Part shown: piece by piece, positions 16,812-27,145 of the stretch
How the letters are laid out: every line of letters begins with the position of its first letter
How positions within the stretch are numbered: the first letter of the stretch is position 1
Source of the DNA: an uncultured Candidatus Saccharibacteria bacterium
Lineage (GTDB): Bacteria; Patescibacteriota; Minisyncoccia; Phycocordibacterales; PALSA-1337
Direction of reading: 5' to 3'
Assembly (NCBI GenBank): GCA_964358005.1
Contig: CAYHNH010000005.1
Span: forward strand, 1 to 63,722
DNA: 63,722 nt
The notes under the pieces: generated by a model
Database searches by the model: none
What the model was told of the DNA's origin: nothing
The model's input: only the letters and a program-made list of their open reading frames with translations
Translations under genes and position numbers: made by a program

Positions 16812-17974
16812 GTCTGTGGCAGGAATTGAATACGGCCGGTAGGGCCGTGGCTATAGGGCTTTTGGCTGGTATCGCGGTTTTGATATCGAGCTTAGTGCTA
16901 TATATCCTGCCGAGCTCCCACATCGCCTATTCTGATCAGGGTGCGGCCGTCCTTGAAACGGGCGCTTTTACAGCCCCCAGCCCTCGGCCGCCCGTAATAC
17001 GCAAAAAGACTCCGGAGGCGGTCAAGGGAATATATATGACAGCCTGCATTGCCGGCACGCCTTCTTTGCGCGGTCGTATCCTCGAAACGATAAAAGGGAC
17101 AGGGATAAATAGCATAGTCATAGATATCAAAGACTACACTGGCACTCTGGTCTATGATTTTCCCGGTGTTCGTGGGCCGAGGGGTAGGGGTTGTCGGATC
17201 GTAGACCTGCCTAGTTTCATCGCAGACCTGCACAAGAAGGATATATATGCCATAGCCAGAGTTACGGTGTTCCAGGATCCGCTGTATGCGGACGCACATC
17301 CGGCGTTGGCAGTACAGAGCGCCGCCAATCCGGGGAAGCCGTGGGTAGATAGGAATGGTCTTGCCTACATAGATCCAAACTCTAGGGACTTTTGGGATTA
17401 CATCACGTCAATAGCGAAAGGCGCATACGAGATAGGTTTCGATGAGATAAATTTCGATTACATAAGATTCCCATCTGATGGAGATACGGAGGACATGATG
17501 TTCAATATGCCGTCCGGCCTGTCTCGTGTGGACGTGATGACTGAATTCTTCGGCTATCTGGACTCCGAGCTACGTCCATCGGGTATCGTGACTTCCGCCG
17601 ACATCTTCGGCCAGACGACGGTTAACCGCGATGATATGGGTATTGGGCAGGTTTTGGAGAGCGTCCTACCTTACTTTGATTATGTTGCGCCCATGAATTA
17701 TCCCTCGCACTACATAAGCGGCTTCATGGGATACGACAATCCAGCTAGCAAACCATACGAGATCATAAAGGGCACAATGGTCACCGCCGTCGAGAGGACT
17801 TTGGCCGCTTCGTCGTCCATAGACAAGCTCCGGCCCTGGCTGCAGGCTTTCGATATGGGTGCCGATTACACTCCGGAGATGGTCCACGCACAGGTAAGGG
17901 GCGTGCATGACGCTGGTCTGGACAGCTGGATGCTCTGGGATGCCGCGAATAGGTACAAGAGAGAGGCACTCTAG
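16808..17974 (+). CDS. Putative TIM-barrel glycoside hydrolase (DUF4015/GHL-like)
   Basis: KGIYMT...INSIVIDIKDYTG...FDEINFDYIRFPSDG matches my recollection of the DUF4015 family. Confidence 0.7.
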   Translation: MSLWQELNTAGRAVAIGLLAGIAVLISSLVLYILPSSHIAYSDQGAAVLETGAFTAPSPRPPVIRKKTPEAVKGIYMTACIAGTPSLRGRILETIKGTGINSIVIDIKDYTGTLVYDFPGVRGPRGRGCRIVDLPSFIADLHKKDIYAIARVTVFQDPLYADAHPALAVQSAANPGKPWVDRNGLAYIDPNSRDFWDYITSIAKGAYEIGFDEINFDYIRFPSDGDTEDMMFNMPSGLSRVDVMTEFFGYLDSELRPSGIVTSADIFGQTTVNRDDMGIGQVLESVLPYFDYVAPMNYPSHYISGFMGYDNPASKPYEIIKGTMVTAVERTLAASSSIDKLRPWLQAFDMGADYTPEMVHAQVRGVHDAGLDSWMLWDAANRYKREAL

Positions 17975-18151
17975 CTCTTGCCAAGTGGATTAAAAGTGGT
18001 AGTATTTCATTCCGGTGTTACTCCTCGTGTTCTTTCGCAACTTCTCGAAGCAGTTCGAGCTTCTTTTGTCGGAGCAAAGATTTTGACAAGGGAATGGTCA
18101 AGCAGTTTGACAGATGTTTAGGAACATCGGACAAGCGCCACCAAAAAACAA

Positions 18152-18682
18152 ATGAGCCATAAGCTCGTTGTCGGAGGAGCCCCAGCTCCAGTCGTGCAAG
18201 TTCCAGCGTCCGCCTTTACGGGCGAGAAAGCTGTCGGCGGTCAAGCGGTCGACCGAAACAAAAAGATCGATGATATCCTGGCGACCAGGAAACCCCAGCA
18301 CATCAAAACGGCATCGCTCGCTGATATCCTCGGGTTTAACCCCAGGAAGAGCGCCCCGCCGGTCAGTTCAACCGATCCGCTCGATGGCTTGAGCCAGGAG
18401 GAATTTAACCGGTATCACGCGATGCCGTTTGAAGATGCCCTCGCCCTCGACGCTCCTCATTATGAGGTCTGGATCGCCGTTATGAAGCTGTCCCGGCGCG
18501 ACCAGCTCGAAGATTGGCAGTGGAAACTACGCGATGCCCATTCGCACGGTCATCGGCAGCAGGTCGAGCACCGTGTGCACACGGCCAATCAGTTCGGGCT
18601 CAGCTGTGTCGGCGACCGGGAAACCCCAGTTGAGCCTTCGCCGCTCTTGACCCGCATGCTTCCCGGCATGGCGATGGTCTGA
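18152..18682 (+). CDS. Hypothetical protein
   Basis: 176-aa ORF closed by a strong terminator at 18713-18746. No family recognised. Confidence 0.5.
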   Translation: MSHKLVVGGAPAPVVQVPASAFTGEKAVGGQAVDRNKKIDDILATRKPQHIKTASLADILGFNPRKSAPPVSSTDPLDGLSQEEFNRYHAMPFEDALALDAPHYEVWIAVMKLSRRDQLEDWQWKLRDAHSHGHRQQVEHRVHTANQFGLSCVGDRETPVEPSPLLTRMLPGMAMV

Positions 18683-18712
18683 ACCAAGCATTCCAAAACG
18701 TTTTGCAAACCC

Positions 18713-18746
18713 AACCCAGCGTACGAGCGCTGGGTTGATATTTTTT
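18713..18746 (+). terminator. Rho-independent terminator
   Basis: AACCCAGCG-TACGAG-CGCTGGGTT followed by GATATTTTTT. Confidence 0.65.
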
Positions 18747-18839
18747 ATGGTATATGAGGCATATATCGACTGCGCTCGGACCAAAGCTGATTGCAGGCAT
18801 TCGCTTTTGTCCTCGCTTGTCGCTATAATTTACCCGAAT

Positions 18840-20738
18840 ATGAACGATGATCGAGTTACATACTTCGCCGAAACTGACGCCAGGAATAAGCGCATAAAAT
18901 TCGGCATCAAGGCCAAAGACCGCACCAAGCATGTCTATGTCATAGGCAAGACAGGCATGGGCAAATCCACCCTGCTCGAGAATATGGCCGTGCAGGATAT
19001 CGCCAACGGCGACGGCATGGCCTTCATCGATCCCCACGGCAAGACGGCCGATCTCCTCCTAGAATATGTTCCAAAAGAGCGCATAAACGACGTCATATAC
19101 ATAGCGCCTTTTGACACTGAATTCCCGATTTCATTCAACGTCCTCGAGAGCGTCGACCCGCAAAAGAGGCACCTTGTCGTGTCCGGCCTCATGAGCACCT
19201 TCAAGAAGATCTGGGTGGATGCCTGGTCGGCGCGTATGGAATATATCCTGACCAATACTCTCTTGGCCCTCCTCGAATACCCAGGTTCGACGCTCCTCGG
19301 CGTGAATAGGATGCTTTCCGACAAGGACTACCGCAAAGAAGTGGTGTCAAAGATATCAGACCCGTCGGTCAAGTCATTCTGGGTCAAGGAGTTCGCTGGC
19401 TACACTGAGCGCATGGCCGCCGAGGCTGTTCCGGCCATTCAGAACAAGGTCGGTCAGTTCACCGCCAATCCGCTGATCAGGAATATGATCGGCCAGCCAG
19501 TCTCCTCCTTCGATTTCCGTGAAGCCATGGATCGCCGCAAGATCATCATCATCAACTTGTCGAAGGGAAAGATCGGTGACGAGAACATGAAGCTCCTAGG
19601 TGGCCTCTTGGTCACCAAGATATATCTAGCGGCCATGTCACGCGCCGACGTCCCCGACCGAGTCATGAAAATGCTGCCGAACTTCTATCTCTACGTCGAC
19701 GAGTTCCAGAACTTCGCCAACGCTTCGTTCGCCGATATCCTCTCCGAAGCCCGCAAATACAAGCTCAATCTGACCATAGCTCACCAATATGTCGAACAGA
19801 TGGACGAGCTCGTGCGCCCGGCTGTATTCGGCAACGTGGGTACGATGATCGCTTTCCGCGTCGGGGCCACTGACGCCGAGATGCTGGAGAAGGAATTCTC
19901 GCCCCAGTTCGTCATCGAGGATCTGGTCAACCTCGGCTTTGCTCAGATATATCTGAAGCTCATGATAGACGGTCTGACTTCGCAACCATTTTCTGCAAGG
20001 ACGATGAGCCCCATACCTCATCCGGAAGTTTCGTACATGCAGGACATCATCGCCGCTTCGCGGAGACAATTCGCCAAACCGCGTGCCGGGGTAGAAGTGG
20101 AGATAGTCAAATTCCATGAGCCCACACCAAAGTCTGTTCCTCAACCTGTCGCGAAGCCTGCTGCTTCGATAGTGTCAGCTGCTCAATCGGCCCAAGCTGC
20201 CCCAACGGTTTCGCCAACCAAGCCACCCACCCAGGCTCCTCCACCGATTGTGAGACCGATACCGCCGGCTCCCGTAACTCCTCCGACCGCGCCGACAGTG
20301 CCTGCGGCACCTCTACCGCCAAAAGCTCTGCAACCAACCCCGACTGTTCAGCCTGTTCAGGCCAGCAAGCCTGCCGAATCGGCACCCGTTTTCTCCATGA
20401 GAAAGACCGCTCAGCCAGCTACGCCCACGAAACCTGTTTTGAAACCTGTTTCTCTCGCGGAACTAGGGGCTAAGCCGGCTCCAAAGATCGATCCGAAAGT
20501 CCCGAACCAGAGGAATGTCGATGACCTCAAGAACGCTCTGGCGGCAGCCCTAGGCAGCAGCGCGAAGCCGACCGCTCCTGCGGCATCTGCTACGGCTTCA
20601 TCTGCAGTCAAGCCGCCTGTTAGCGCTTCTCCCGCTGGTCTTCCAGCACAACCACCAAAGGAACCAGTCAAGATTGTCCCGGTCTCCCAAAAAGAGGTGC
20701 CCGAGGACGTCCTTAAGAAGGTGTTGAAAGTAGACTAA
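18840..20738 (+). CDS. VirD4/TraD-like (T4SS coupling-type, DUF87-like) P-loop ATPase with ~230-aa Pro/Ala-rich tail
   Basis: Walker A VIGKTGMGKSTLL and Walker B FYLYVDEFQNF. The ATG at 18840 follows TATAAT (18824-18829). C-terminal low-complexity PAPT repeats. Confidence 0.7.
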   Translation: MNDDRVTYFAETDARNKRIKFGIKAKDRTKHVYVIGKTGMGKSTLLENMAVQDIANGDGMAFIDPHGKTADLLLEYVPKERINDVIYIAPFDTEFPISFNVLESVDPQKRHLVVSGLMSTFKKIWVDAWSARMEYILTNTLLALLEYPGSTLLGVNRMLSDKDYRKEVVSKISDPSVKSFWVKEFAGYTERMAAEAVPAIQNKVGQFTANPLIRNMIGQPVSSFDFREAMDRRKIIIINLSKGKIGDENMKLLGGLLVTKIYLAAMSRADVPDRVMKMLPNFYLYVDEFQNFANASFADILSEARKYKLNLTIAHQYVEQMDELVRPAVFGNVGTMIAFRVGATDAEMLEKEFSPQFVIEDLVNLGFAQIYLKLMIDGLTSQPFSARTMSPIPHPEVSYMQDIIAASRRQFAKPRAGVEVEIVKFHEPTPKSVPQPVAKPAASIVSAAQSAQAAPTVSPTKPPTQAPPPIVRPIPPAPVTPPTAPTVPAAPLPPKALQPTPTVQPVQASKPAESAPVFSMRKTAQPATPTKPVLKPVSLAELGAKPAPKIDPKVPNQRNVDDLKNALAAALGSSAKPTAPAASATASSAVKPPVSASPAGLPAQPPKEPVKIVPVSQKEVPEDVLKKVLKVD

Positions 20739-20740
20739 GG

Positions 20741-21931
20741 ATGTGGAAGGATGACCCTATGAAGCCCAGACGTATCCTCATATTTTCGCTCTCGTATTTC
20801 CCGCACTTCGTCGGTGGGGCGGAAATAGCCATAAAAGAGACCACGGACCGCATTCCAGCCTCGGACATGGAGTTCGTGATGGTCACTCTTGGGGACGGAT
20901 CTTCTCCTAAGGAACAGAGATTAGGCAATGTCCTAGTACATCGGATATTCAAGTCTTCTGACTGGTCTCAGAAGCTGCTTTTTCCATTTGCTGCTTACCT
21001 CAAGGCGAAGAAGCTGAACAAGCAATATAGTTTCGACGCGGTCTGGTCCATGATGGCGAGTTACGCCGGATTTGCTGGCTTCCTCTTCAAGCGTGCCAAT
21101 CCGCGCGTGCCATTCATATTGAGCGTGCAGGAAGGCGACAACTTCGAACGGCGCCAGGGGATATTCCACATCCCTTATACTTGGATATTCAAAAGCCCGG
21201 ACCGCATCCAGGCCATCTCGAACTATCTGGCGGAATGGGCCAGGGACATGGGTGCGACCTGCCCGATAGAGGTAGTTCCCAATGCCGTAGATTTTAAGCA
21301 CTTCTCCAAAACGATCGAGCCTGAGGCCGCAGACTCTCTGAAGGCAAGCTTGTGCAAGAGAGAGGGGGATGTGTTTCTCGTTACTACCTCCAGACTGGTT
21401 GCCAAGAATGCAGTCGGCGACATCATAGATTCCCTCCAATATCTTCCGAAGAACATAAAGCTCTTAGTACTCGGTGCGGGTCCGCTTGAAACAGCTTTGA
21501 AACAGCAGTCCCTAAAACTCGGATTGAATTATACCGACGAGCCGCCTATCACCCCAGGCAATCGCGTCCACTTCCTCGGCTATATTTCCCATGCCGCCAT
21601 GCCGCCGTACTTAGCTGTGTCGGATATATTCGTCAGGCCGTCCCTATCGGAAGGCCTGGGTATATCTTTCCTGGAGGCCATGGCTGCCGGCTTGCCGGTC
21701 ATAGCTACCAGTGTGGGTGGCATACCTGACTTCCTCAAGGAAGGCGAAACGGGATTGTTCTGCGAGGCAGAGAATCCAAAGAGCATAGCTCAGAAGGTAG
21801 AAAAATATCTCAAGGACGCTGAGTCGCGCGAATACATCAGGAAGAAAGCCAGGGCGATGGTCAAGGAGAATTATCAGTGGGAGAAAATAGTCGGCGACAT
21901 GTCGCGTATATTCAGATCAGTAAAACGATGA
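20741..21931 (+). CDS. Glycosyltransferase family 4
   Basis: GT-B pattern with the EX7E region SEGLGISFLEAMAAGLPVIAT. Confidence 0.85.
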   Translation: MWKDDPMKPRRILIFSLSYFPHFVGGAEIAIKETTDRIPASDMEFVMVTLGDGSSPKEQRLGNVLVHRIFKSSDWSQKLLFPFAAYLKAKKLNKQYSFDAVWSMMASYAGFAGFLFKRANPRVPFILSVQEGDNFERRQGIFHIPYTWIFKSPDRIQAISNYLAEWARDMGATCPIEVVPNAVDFKHFSKTIEPEAADSLKASLCKREGDVFLVTTSRLVAKNAVGDIIDSLQYLPKNIKLLVLGAGPLETALKQQSLKLGLNYTDEPPITPGNRVHFLGYISHAAMPPYLAVSDIFVRPSLSEGLGISFLEAMAAGLPVIATSVGGIPDFLKEGETGLFCEAENPKSIAQKVEKYLKDAESREYIRKKARAMVKENYQWEKIVGDMSRIFRSVKR

Positions 21932-22926
21932 AAAAGCTTCTTTCTATAAGCATAGACCGGTCGATCTGGAGCGAGGGCAGCGCTGTGCGAGAGCGGATGC
22001 GCGAGCTCTCCAAGGGCTGGGATGAAGTCCACATCATCGTCGCGTCTGACAGCACATATACCGAGACTGTCATAGGAGACAACGTATGGGTCTATCCGAC
22101 TAGATCCAAGGTGAAGGCCTTCTATCCTATCGATGCTAGGAAACTCGGCCGGTTCATAATAAGGCGCCGCGGCATAACGCAGATCACCTGTCAGGATCCT
22201 TTTCTGACTGCGATAGCAGGGGTCGGCCTGAAGAAGGAGTTCGGTCTGCCTCTCGAGCTTCAGGTGCATACGGACGTCGGGAGCCCAAATTATCCCTACA
22301 CGATAGGCAATAAGATACGCAAGGCTTTGGCGCTCTCGTACCTGCCGCAGGCTGATACTATACGCGTGGTCTCGGGGAGGATAAGGGACTATTTGGTCAG
22401 TCGGCTCGGGATAGACGGATCAAAGATAACCGTGAGGCCTATCGCTGTCGATGTCATGAAGATCAAGAATGCTGTCGTCACAGTCGATCTGCACAGGAAA
22501 TACCCACAGTTCGATAAAATCGTCCTCATGGCTTCTAGGCTCACGGCAGAGAAGAATATCAGCTTGGCTCTGACTGCTTGGACTGAAGTCCAGCGAAACT
22601 GTCCTGGGGCAGGCCTGGTCATAGTCGGCAATGGCCCAAAGGAGAAGGCTTTGAAAAGCATGGCAGAGAAGCTCGGTATCGGAAAGTCTGTCGCCTTCGA
22701 GGGCTGGGCAGATCAGGGGACACTGGTTTCATACTACAAGACCGCGGATCTTTTCCTGAATACATCGCTCTTCGAGGGATATGGTATGACGCTGGTAGAA
22801 GCGAAAGCCGCCGCCCTGAGAACGGTCTCCACGGATGTTGGAATAGCTAGAGAAATAGGGGCGACGATCGTCGATATGAATGCAGGCTCGGTCGCTCTTG
22901 GTATTAAAGCCGCGCTTGGGGTATAG
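21928..22926 (+). CDS. Glycosyltransferase family 4
   Basis: ATGA overlap with the upstream stop (MKKLLSISID start). FEGYGMTLVEAKAAAL motif. Confidence 0.85.
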   Translation: MKKLLSISIDRSIWSEGSAVRERMRELSKGWDEVHIIVASDSTYTETVIGDNVWVYPTRSKVKAFYPIDARKLGRFIIRRRGITQITCQDPFLTAIAGVGLKKEFGLPLELQVHTDVGSPNYPYTIGNKIRKALALSYLPQADTIRVVSGRIRDYLVSRLGIDGSKITVRPIAVDVMKIKNAVVTVDLHRKYPQFDKIVLMASRLTAEKNISLALTAWTEVQRNCPGAGLVIVGNGPKEKALKSMAEKLGIGKSVAFEGWADQGTLVSYYKTADLFLNTSLFEGYGMTLVEAKAAALRTVSTDVGIAREIGATIVDMNAGSVALGIKAALGV

Positions 22927-22935
22927 TTAATCCTC

Positions 22936-24450
22936 ATGAAAATACTCGTCTCGACGGGCATATATCCGCCTGACATAGGAGGACCGGCGACATATTCAGA
23001 ACTGCTGTTCCGGGAACTGCCAAAGAGAGGGGTAGAAGTCGACGTCCAGACCTTCGGCAGCGTGCGCCGTATGCCGAAGGTGTTGAGACACATAGTCTTT
23101 TTTGTCCGGGTCCTATGGCACGGCCGTGCTTCCGATGTAATATTCGCCCAAGATACGGTTTCGGTGGGACTGCCTTCTCTTCTGGCCTCTCTCCTCCTCG
23201 GCAAGCAATTTATGGTCCGAATACCGGGGGATTACGCCTGGGAGCAGTCTGTTCAGCGGTTCGGGGTTACCGATACTATCGATGACTTCCAGAAGAGGCG
23301 CCATGGCATGAGGACCGAATTATTGAAAAAGATCCAGGCTTTCGTGGTCGGCCAGGCGGATCAAGCTATCGCCCCCAGCAAATATTTTGCCGATCTTGTT
23401 CGGGGTTGGGTAGATGATGCTTCCAAGGTCTTGCATATATACAACGGGGTAGACCTGGACGCCCTCGGTGGGGCCGAGGCGAGTTCACACAAACCAAAAA
23501 CGATAATAAGCGCTGGTAGGCTAGTGCCCTGGAAAGGTTTTGACATGCTCATCCGCGCCATGGCCAAGCTTCCTGGCTGGCATCTTTCTATAGCGGGTGA
23601 TGGCCCAGAGATGGCACATTTGAGGTCGCTCATCTCGAAGGACAAGCTGGAGGACCGCGTCACGATGCTGGGCACGATAGAGAAGCCGAAGCTTCGCAGG
23701 CTGATATCGGAGTCAGAAGTGTTCGCACTGAATACGTCCTTTGAGAGCTTCTCTTTTCAGATAGTCGAGGCCATGGCGATCGGTACGCCAGTGGTCTCAA
23801 CCAAAGTAGGCAATATCGCGGAGATAGTCGATGATGGACAGAGCGGCTTATTGATCCAGCCGGACGACGAGGAGGGATTCATCGCGGCAGTGATGCGGAT
23901 ATCGGCCGATGGCGAGTTGCGTGAGAGGCTAGCGTCGGAAGGCAGGAAGAAAGCCGCGGGATTCTCCATTGGATCCACTATAGATAAGCTTATTGCAGTG
24001 CTCGATGGACTTACGGAGAGACCGCCAGAGCACCGCAAGCGCAAGGTTCTCATCGCCAAGATAGCACGGTACCTGTTCTCCGGCGGTGTATCGGCCTTTA
24101 CGGACATACTCCTTCTTTACATATTCACGGACCTGCTCCATATATGGTATCTGACTGCCTCCATCCTGGCCTTCCTGTTCGCTTTCATAGTCAGCTTCTC
24201 CCTGCAGAAATTCTTCACTTTTCAGGATCACAGCAGGGAGGGCATGCATGGCCAGGCGGCGATATATTTCCTGGTGTCTGGTGCCAATCTGCTCATCAAT
24301 ACGGCGCTCATATATCTGTTCGTCCAATACGGGGGATTCCACTACATCGTCGCACAGATCGTCACCAGCATCATGATCGCCATAGAAAGCTTTATAATAT
24401 ATGGTACGTTTATCTTTAAGAAGCAGCTTGGGGACCCGTCAAGAACATGA
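22936..24450 (+). CDS. GT4 glycosyltransferase fused to a GtrA-like 4-TM domain
   Basis: N-terminal part is GT4 (FESFSFQIVEAMAIGTPVVST). The C-terminal ~130 aa, YLFSGGVSAFTDILLLYIF...SFSLQKFFTFQD, match the GtrA family pattern. Confidence 0.85.
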   Translation: MKILVSTGIYPPDIGGPATYSELLFRELPKRGVEVDVQTFGSVRRMPKVLRHIVFFVRVLWHGRASDVIFAQDTVSVGLPSLLASLLLGKQFMVRIPGDYAWEQSVQRFGVTDTIDDFQKRRHGMRTELLKKIQAFVVGQADQAIAPSKYFADLVRGWVDDASKVLHIYNGVDLDALGGAEASSHKPKTIISAGRLVPWKGFDMLIRAMAKLPGWHLSIAGDGPEMAHLRSLISKDKLEDRVTMLGTIEKPKLRRLISESEVFALNTSFESFSFQIVEAMAIGTPVVSTKVGNIAEIVDDGQSGLLIQPDDEEGFIAAVMRISADGELRERLASEGRKKAAGFSIGSTIDKLIAVLDGLTERPPEHRKRKVLIAKIARYLFSGGVSAFTDILLLYIFTDLLHIWYLTASILAFLFAFIVSFSLQKFFTFQDHSREGMHGQAAIYFLVSGANLLINTALIYLFVQYGGFHYIVAQIVTSIMIAIESFIIYGTFIFKKQLGDPSRT

Positions 24451-25478
24451 GATTACTAGTGATAACACAAAAGATCGACCGCTCGGACACTGTCCTCGGC
24501 TTTGTGCATAGCTGGGTCGAGGAATTCTCGAAGCGGCTTACGGCGGTCGTGGTGGTCTGTCTGCAGAAGGGAGATTATGATCTACCAGGCAACGTCGCGG
24601 TGCTCTCCCTCGGAAAAGAAAAGTGGAGGAACACCCTCAAGTATGTCTTCCTGCTCTTCTATTTCTCCATACGATATTTCAACCGCTATGATGCGATATT
24701 GGTGCACATGAACCAGGAGTATGTCCTGGCCGCTGGCTGGCTCTGGAAGCTTTTGGGGAAACGAATATACATGTGGCGCAACCATTATGCGGGCAGTCTG
24801 TTGACTGACATCTCCTCGATATTCTGCACCAAGATATTCTGCACGTCGCACTACTCATATACTGCCAAGTTCAAGAAGACTGTATTCATGCCTGTCGGCA
24901 TAGACACTGATACATTCAGGCCTGACCCTTCCGTCAAGCGCGCACGAGGATCGATACTTTCCCTAGGGAGGATAGCCACGTCCAAGAATATCCATACTCT
25001 CATACAGGCTATGGGGATCCTGCGCGACAGGAAAGTGGCCTTTACTGGTTCGATCTATGGCAATGCCAAGGCAGGGGATGAAAGCTACGAGACATCTTTG
25101 CGCGAACAAGCAGATCGCGTCGGTCTAGGAGGCCAGGTCAAGTTCTATGGTGGCGTGCCTAACACGGCCACGGTCCCTGTGTATTCCGCGCATCAGATAT
25201 TCGTCAACTTGAGCCCGAACGGCATGTATGACAAGACGATATTCGAGGCTATGGCCTGCGGCTGTTTCGTCTTCGCCTCGAACGACGATCTCCGCGACAA
25301 GATAGACCCGGCGTTCTCGTTTGTCTATAACGATGCGGCCGACCTGGCGCGCAAGCTGGAAGCTTTCGTGGAGATGAGCCCCGAGGAGCAGAACAAAAAA
25401 GCGGCCAACATATCAGAGATAGTGAAAAGCCATAGCTTGTCCAAACTTGCAGACAAACTCGTAGGCGAAATAAGATGA
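24447..25478 (+). CDS. Glycosyltransferase (GT4-like)
   Basis: C-terminal GT-B half with YDKTIFEAMACGCFVFAS; ATGA overlap with the upstream gene. Confidence 0.8.
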   Translation: MRLLVITQKIDRSDTVLGFVHSWVEEFSKRLTAVVVVCLQKGDYDLPGNVAVLSLGKEKWRNTLKYVFLLFYFSIRYFNRYDAILVHMNQEYVLAAGWLWKLLGKRIYMWRNHYAGSLLTDISSIFCTKIFCTSHYSYTAKFKKTVFMPVGIDTDTFRPDPSVKRARGSILSLGRIATSKNIHTLIQAMGILRDRKVAFTGSIYGNAKAGDESYETSLREQADRVGLGGQVKFYGGVPNTATVPVYSAHQIFVNLSPNGMYDKTIFEAMACGCFVFASNDDLRDKIDPAFSFVYNDAADLARKLEAFVEMSPEEQNKKAANISEIVKSHSLSKLADKLVGEIR

Positions 25479-27145
25479 AAGCCGTCCTCGCCACTATATT
25501 GATAGCCGCTGTATTCCTCGTGCCCAGGATTTCGGGTATCAGCCTTCCTTACCATCAGGATGAATGGAAGAACGTGTCGACCTCCGAGACGATGGAGGGC
25601 GCGGGAGCGTTCTTTGCTCATCCACCGCTGATGCAGATGATATTCGTGGCTGCCGACAATGTTTTTGGGCATGAATATTTCCGGGTGCTGCCGTTGCTAT
25701 TCGGCGTAGCCGCCGCTATCCTGTTGTATTTCGTGGCGCGCAAGAGGGGAGGCCGGCCTGTGGCGATCTGGTCGGTTGTGCTTTTCTCAGTTTGTTTCTA
25801 TAACATATTCGGATCATTGCAACCCGATGTCGACGGCGCCATCCTGCCGTTCTTCTTCCTTTTGGCCGTGTTCGCTTATGACAGGATCAATGAGGATATG
25901 GTTCTAAATGGCGATGCTTCTACCAAACGCAATTTCCTGATACTGCTCCTCATGTCTTCCGTCCTTGCCGGTCTGCTTATCAAACTGAGCTTTGTGCTTG
26001 TCGTCGCGGCCATATTCATCGATCACCTGTGTGAGCATAGGCAAAAAAATCCCCCAAGGGTCCTAGGCAGCGCTCTGGGCGTATCGGTGGCTCTCGCGGC
26101 CATATATATCGGCCTGCTTTACCTCATAGAAGCTGTATACCCATCTTTCAGCATATCCTTCATGCTAGGGCATGCCAATCAGTACGCTTCCAACGGAGGT
26201 CGAGGCTGGATGCAAATAGCGGTCCAAACCCTTAAGGCTATATATTATCTTTCACCCTTGCTGACTTTGCCGCTTCTGTGGCTTTCGAAGGAGACCTTCA
26301 AAAGAACCAGGATATTCGTGTTGTATATCATCTTTGGTTCGGTCTTTTATTTGGCTGTGTTCGATTTCTCGCAGGGAGCATTGGATAAGTATCTGATGTT
26401 CGTTATCGTGCCGCTTTGCATCATTGTCGGGGATATCCTGGCGTCGGTCTTCTCCAGAAAACCCTATAACAAATACGTTATAGGCATCTTGGCAGTGGCC
26501 ATATCTGTCGGTCTCACCATGCTGAATCTTCTGCCACAGATCGTAGTCGGTCTTCATCCGAAAACTGAATGGTTCTCGAATGTGCTTCATGGAAATTGGA
26601 ATATACTGACGCCATTCACCGGAGGCTCTGGTCCGATAGGCTTTTATGTCTCATTTCTTTTTATTGCGGCTTCATTCATCGTTGTGAGCGTCGTGGCAGT
26701 GGCGGGTAAACTAAGGCCTGACTGGCGGGCTTCTGCCGCGATACTCATCGTGATCATCGGCCTTGCCTATAACGGCATTTTTGCGGAAGAGCTGCTATAT
26801 GGCAGGATAAATGGCAGTGCCCCTGCTGTCCTGCATGACCTGACCGCATACATAAGGTCTTCTTCGGACATAAAAGAGGTCATTACCTACAACGATATCG
26901 GCGCGAGGGAGCTTGGACCCAAGTACGCTGGACGCTTCTATGCCGCACCACAGTTCGAAGAGGTTCATCGTCAAAAGTTCGCTAAATTCAATGGATATTA
27001 TATGATTGTGGACATTCCCCACTTATATGAAACCGGCTTTTACTCACAGTTTTTCAAGAGATGCCATGATGATCATTCCGCCCAGTCATCCAAGATCGCT
27101 GGACACGTCTACAGATGTCCTGTTCTGGAAGAGGTACTACCATAG
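25475..27145 (+). CDS. GT-C type polytopic glycosyltransferase (PMT_2/ArnT-like)
   Basis: About 12 TMs. First loop YHQDEW acidic motif, as in the GT39/GT83 families. Confidence 0.7.
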   Translation: MKAVLATILIAAVFLVPRISGISLPYHQDEWKNVSTSETMEGAGAFFAHPPLMQMIFVAADNVFGHEYFRVLPLLFGVAAAILLYFVARKRGGRPVAIWSVVLFSVCFYNIFGSLQPDVDGAILPFFFLLAVFAYDRINEDMVLNGDASTKRNFLILLLMSSVLAGLLIKLSFVLVVAAIFIDHLCEHRQKNPPRVLGSALGVSVALAAIYIGLLYLIEAVYPSFSISFMLGHANQYASNGGRGWMQIAVQTLKAIYYLSPLLTLPLLWLSKETFKRTRIFVLYIIFGSVFYLAVFDFSQGALDKYLMFVIVPLCIIVGDILASVFSRKPYNKYVIGILAVAISVGLTMLNLLPQIVVGLHPKTEWFSNVLHGNWNILTPFTGGSGPIGFYVSFLFIAASFIVVSVVAVAGKLRPDWRASAAILIVIIGLAYNGIFAEELLYGRINGSAPAVLHDLTAYIRSSSDIKEVITYNDIGARELGPKYAGRFYAAPQFEEVHRQKFAKFNGYYMIVDIPHLYETGFYSQFFKRCHDDHSAQSSKIAGHVYRCPVLEEVLP

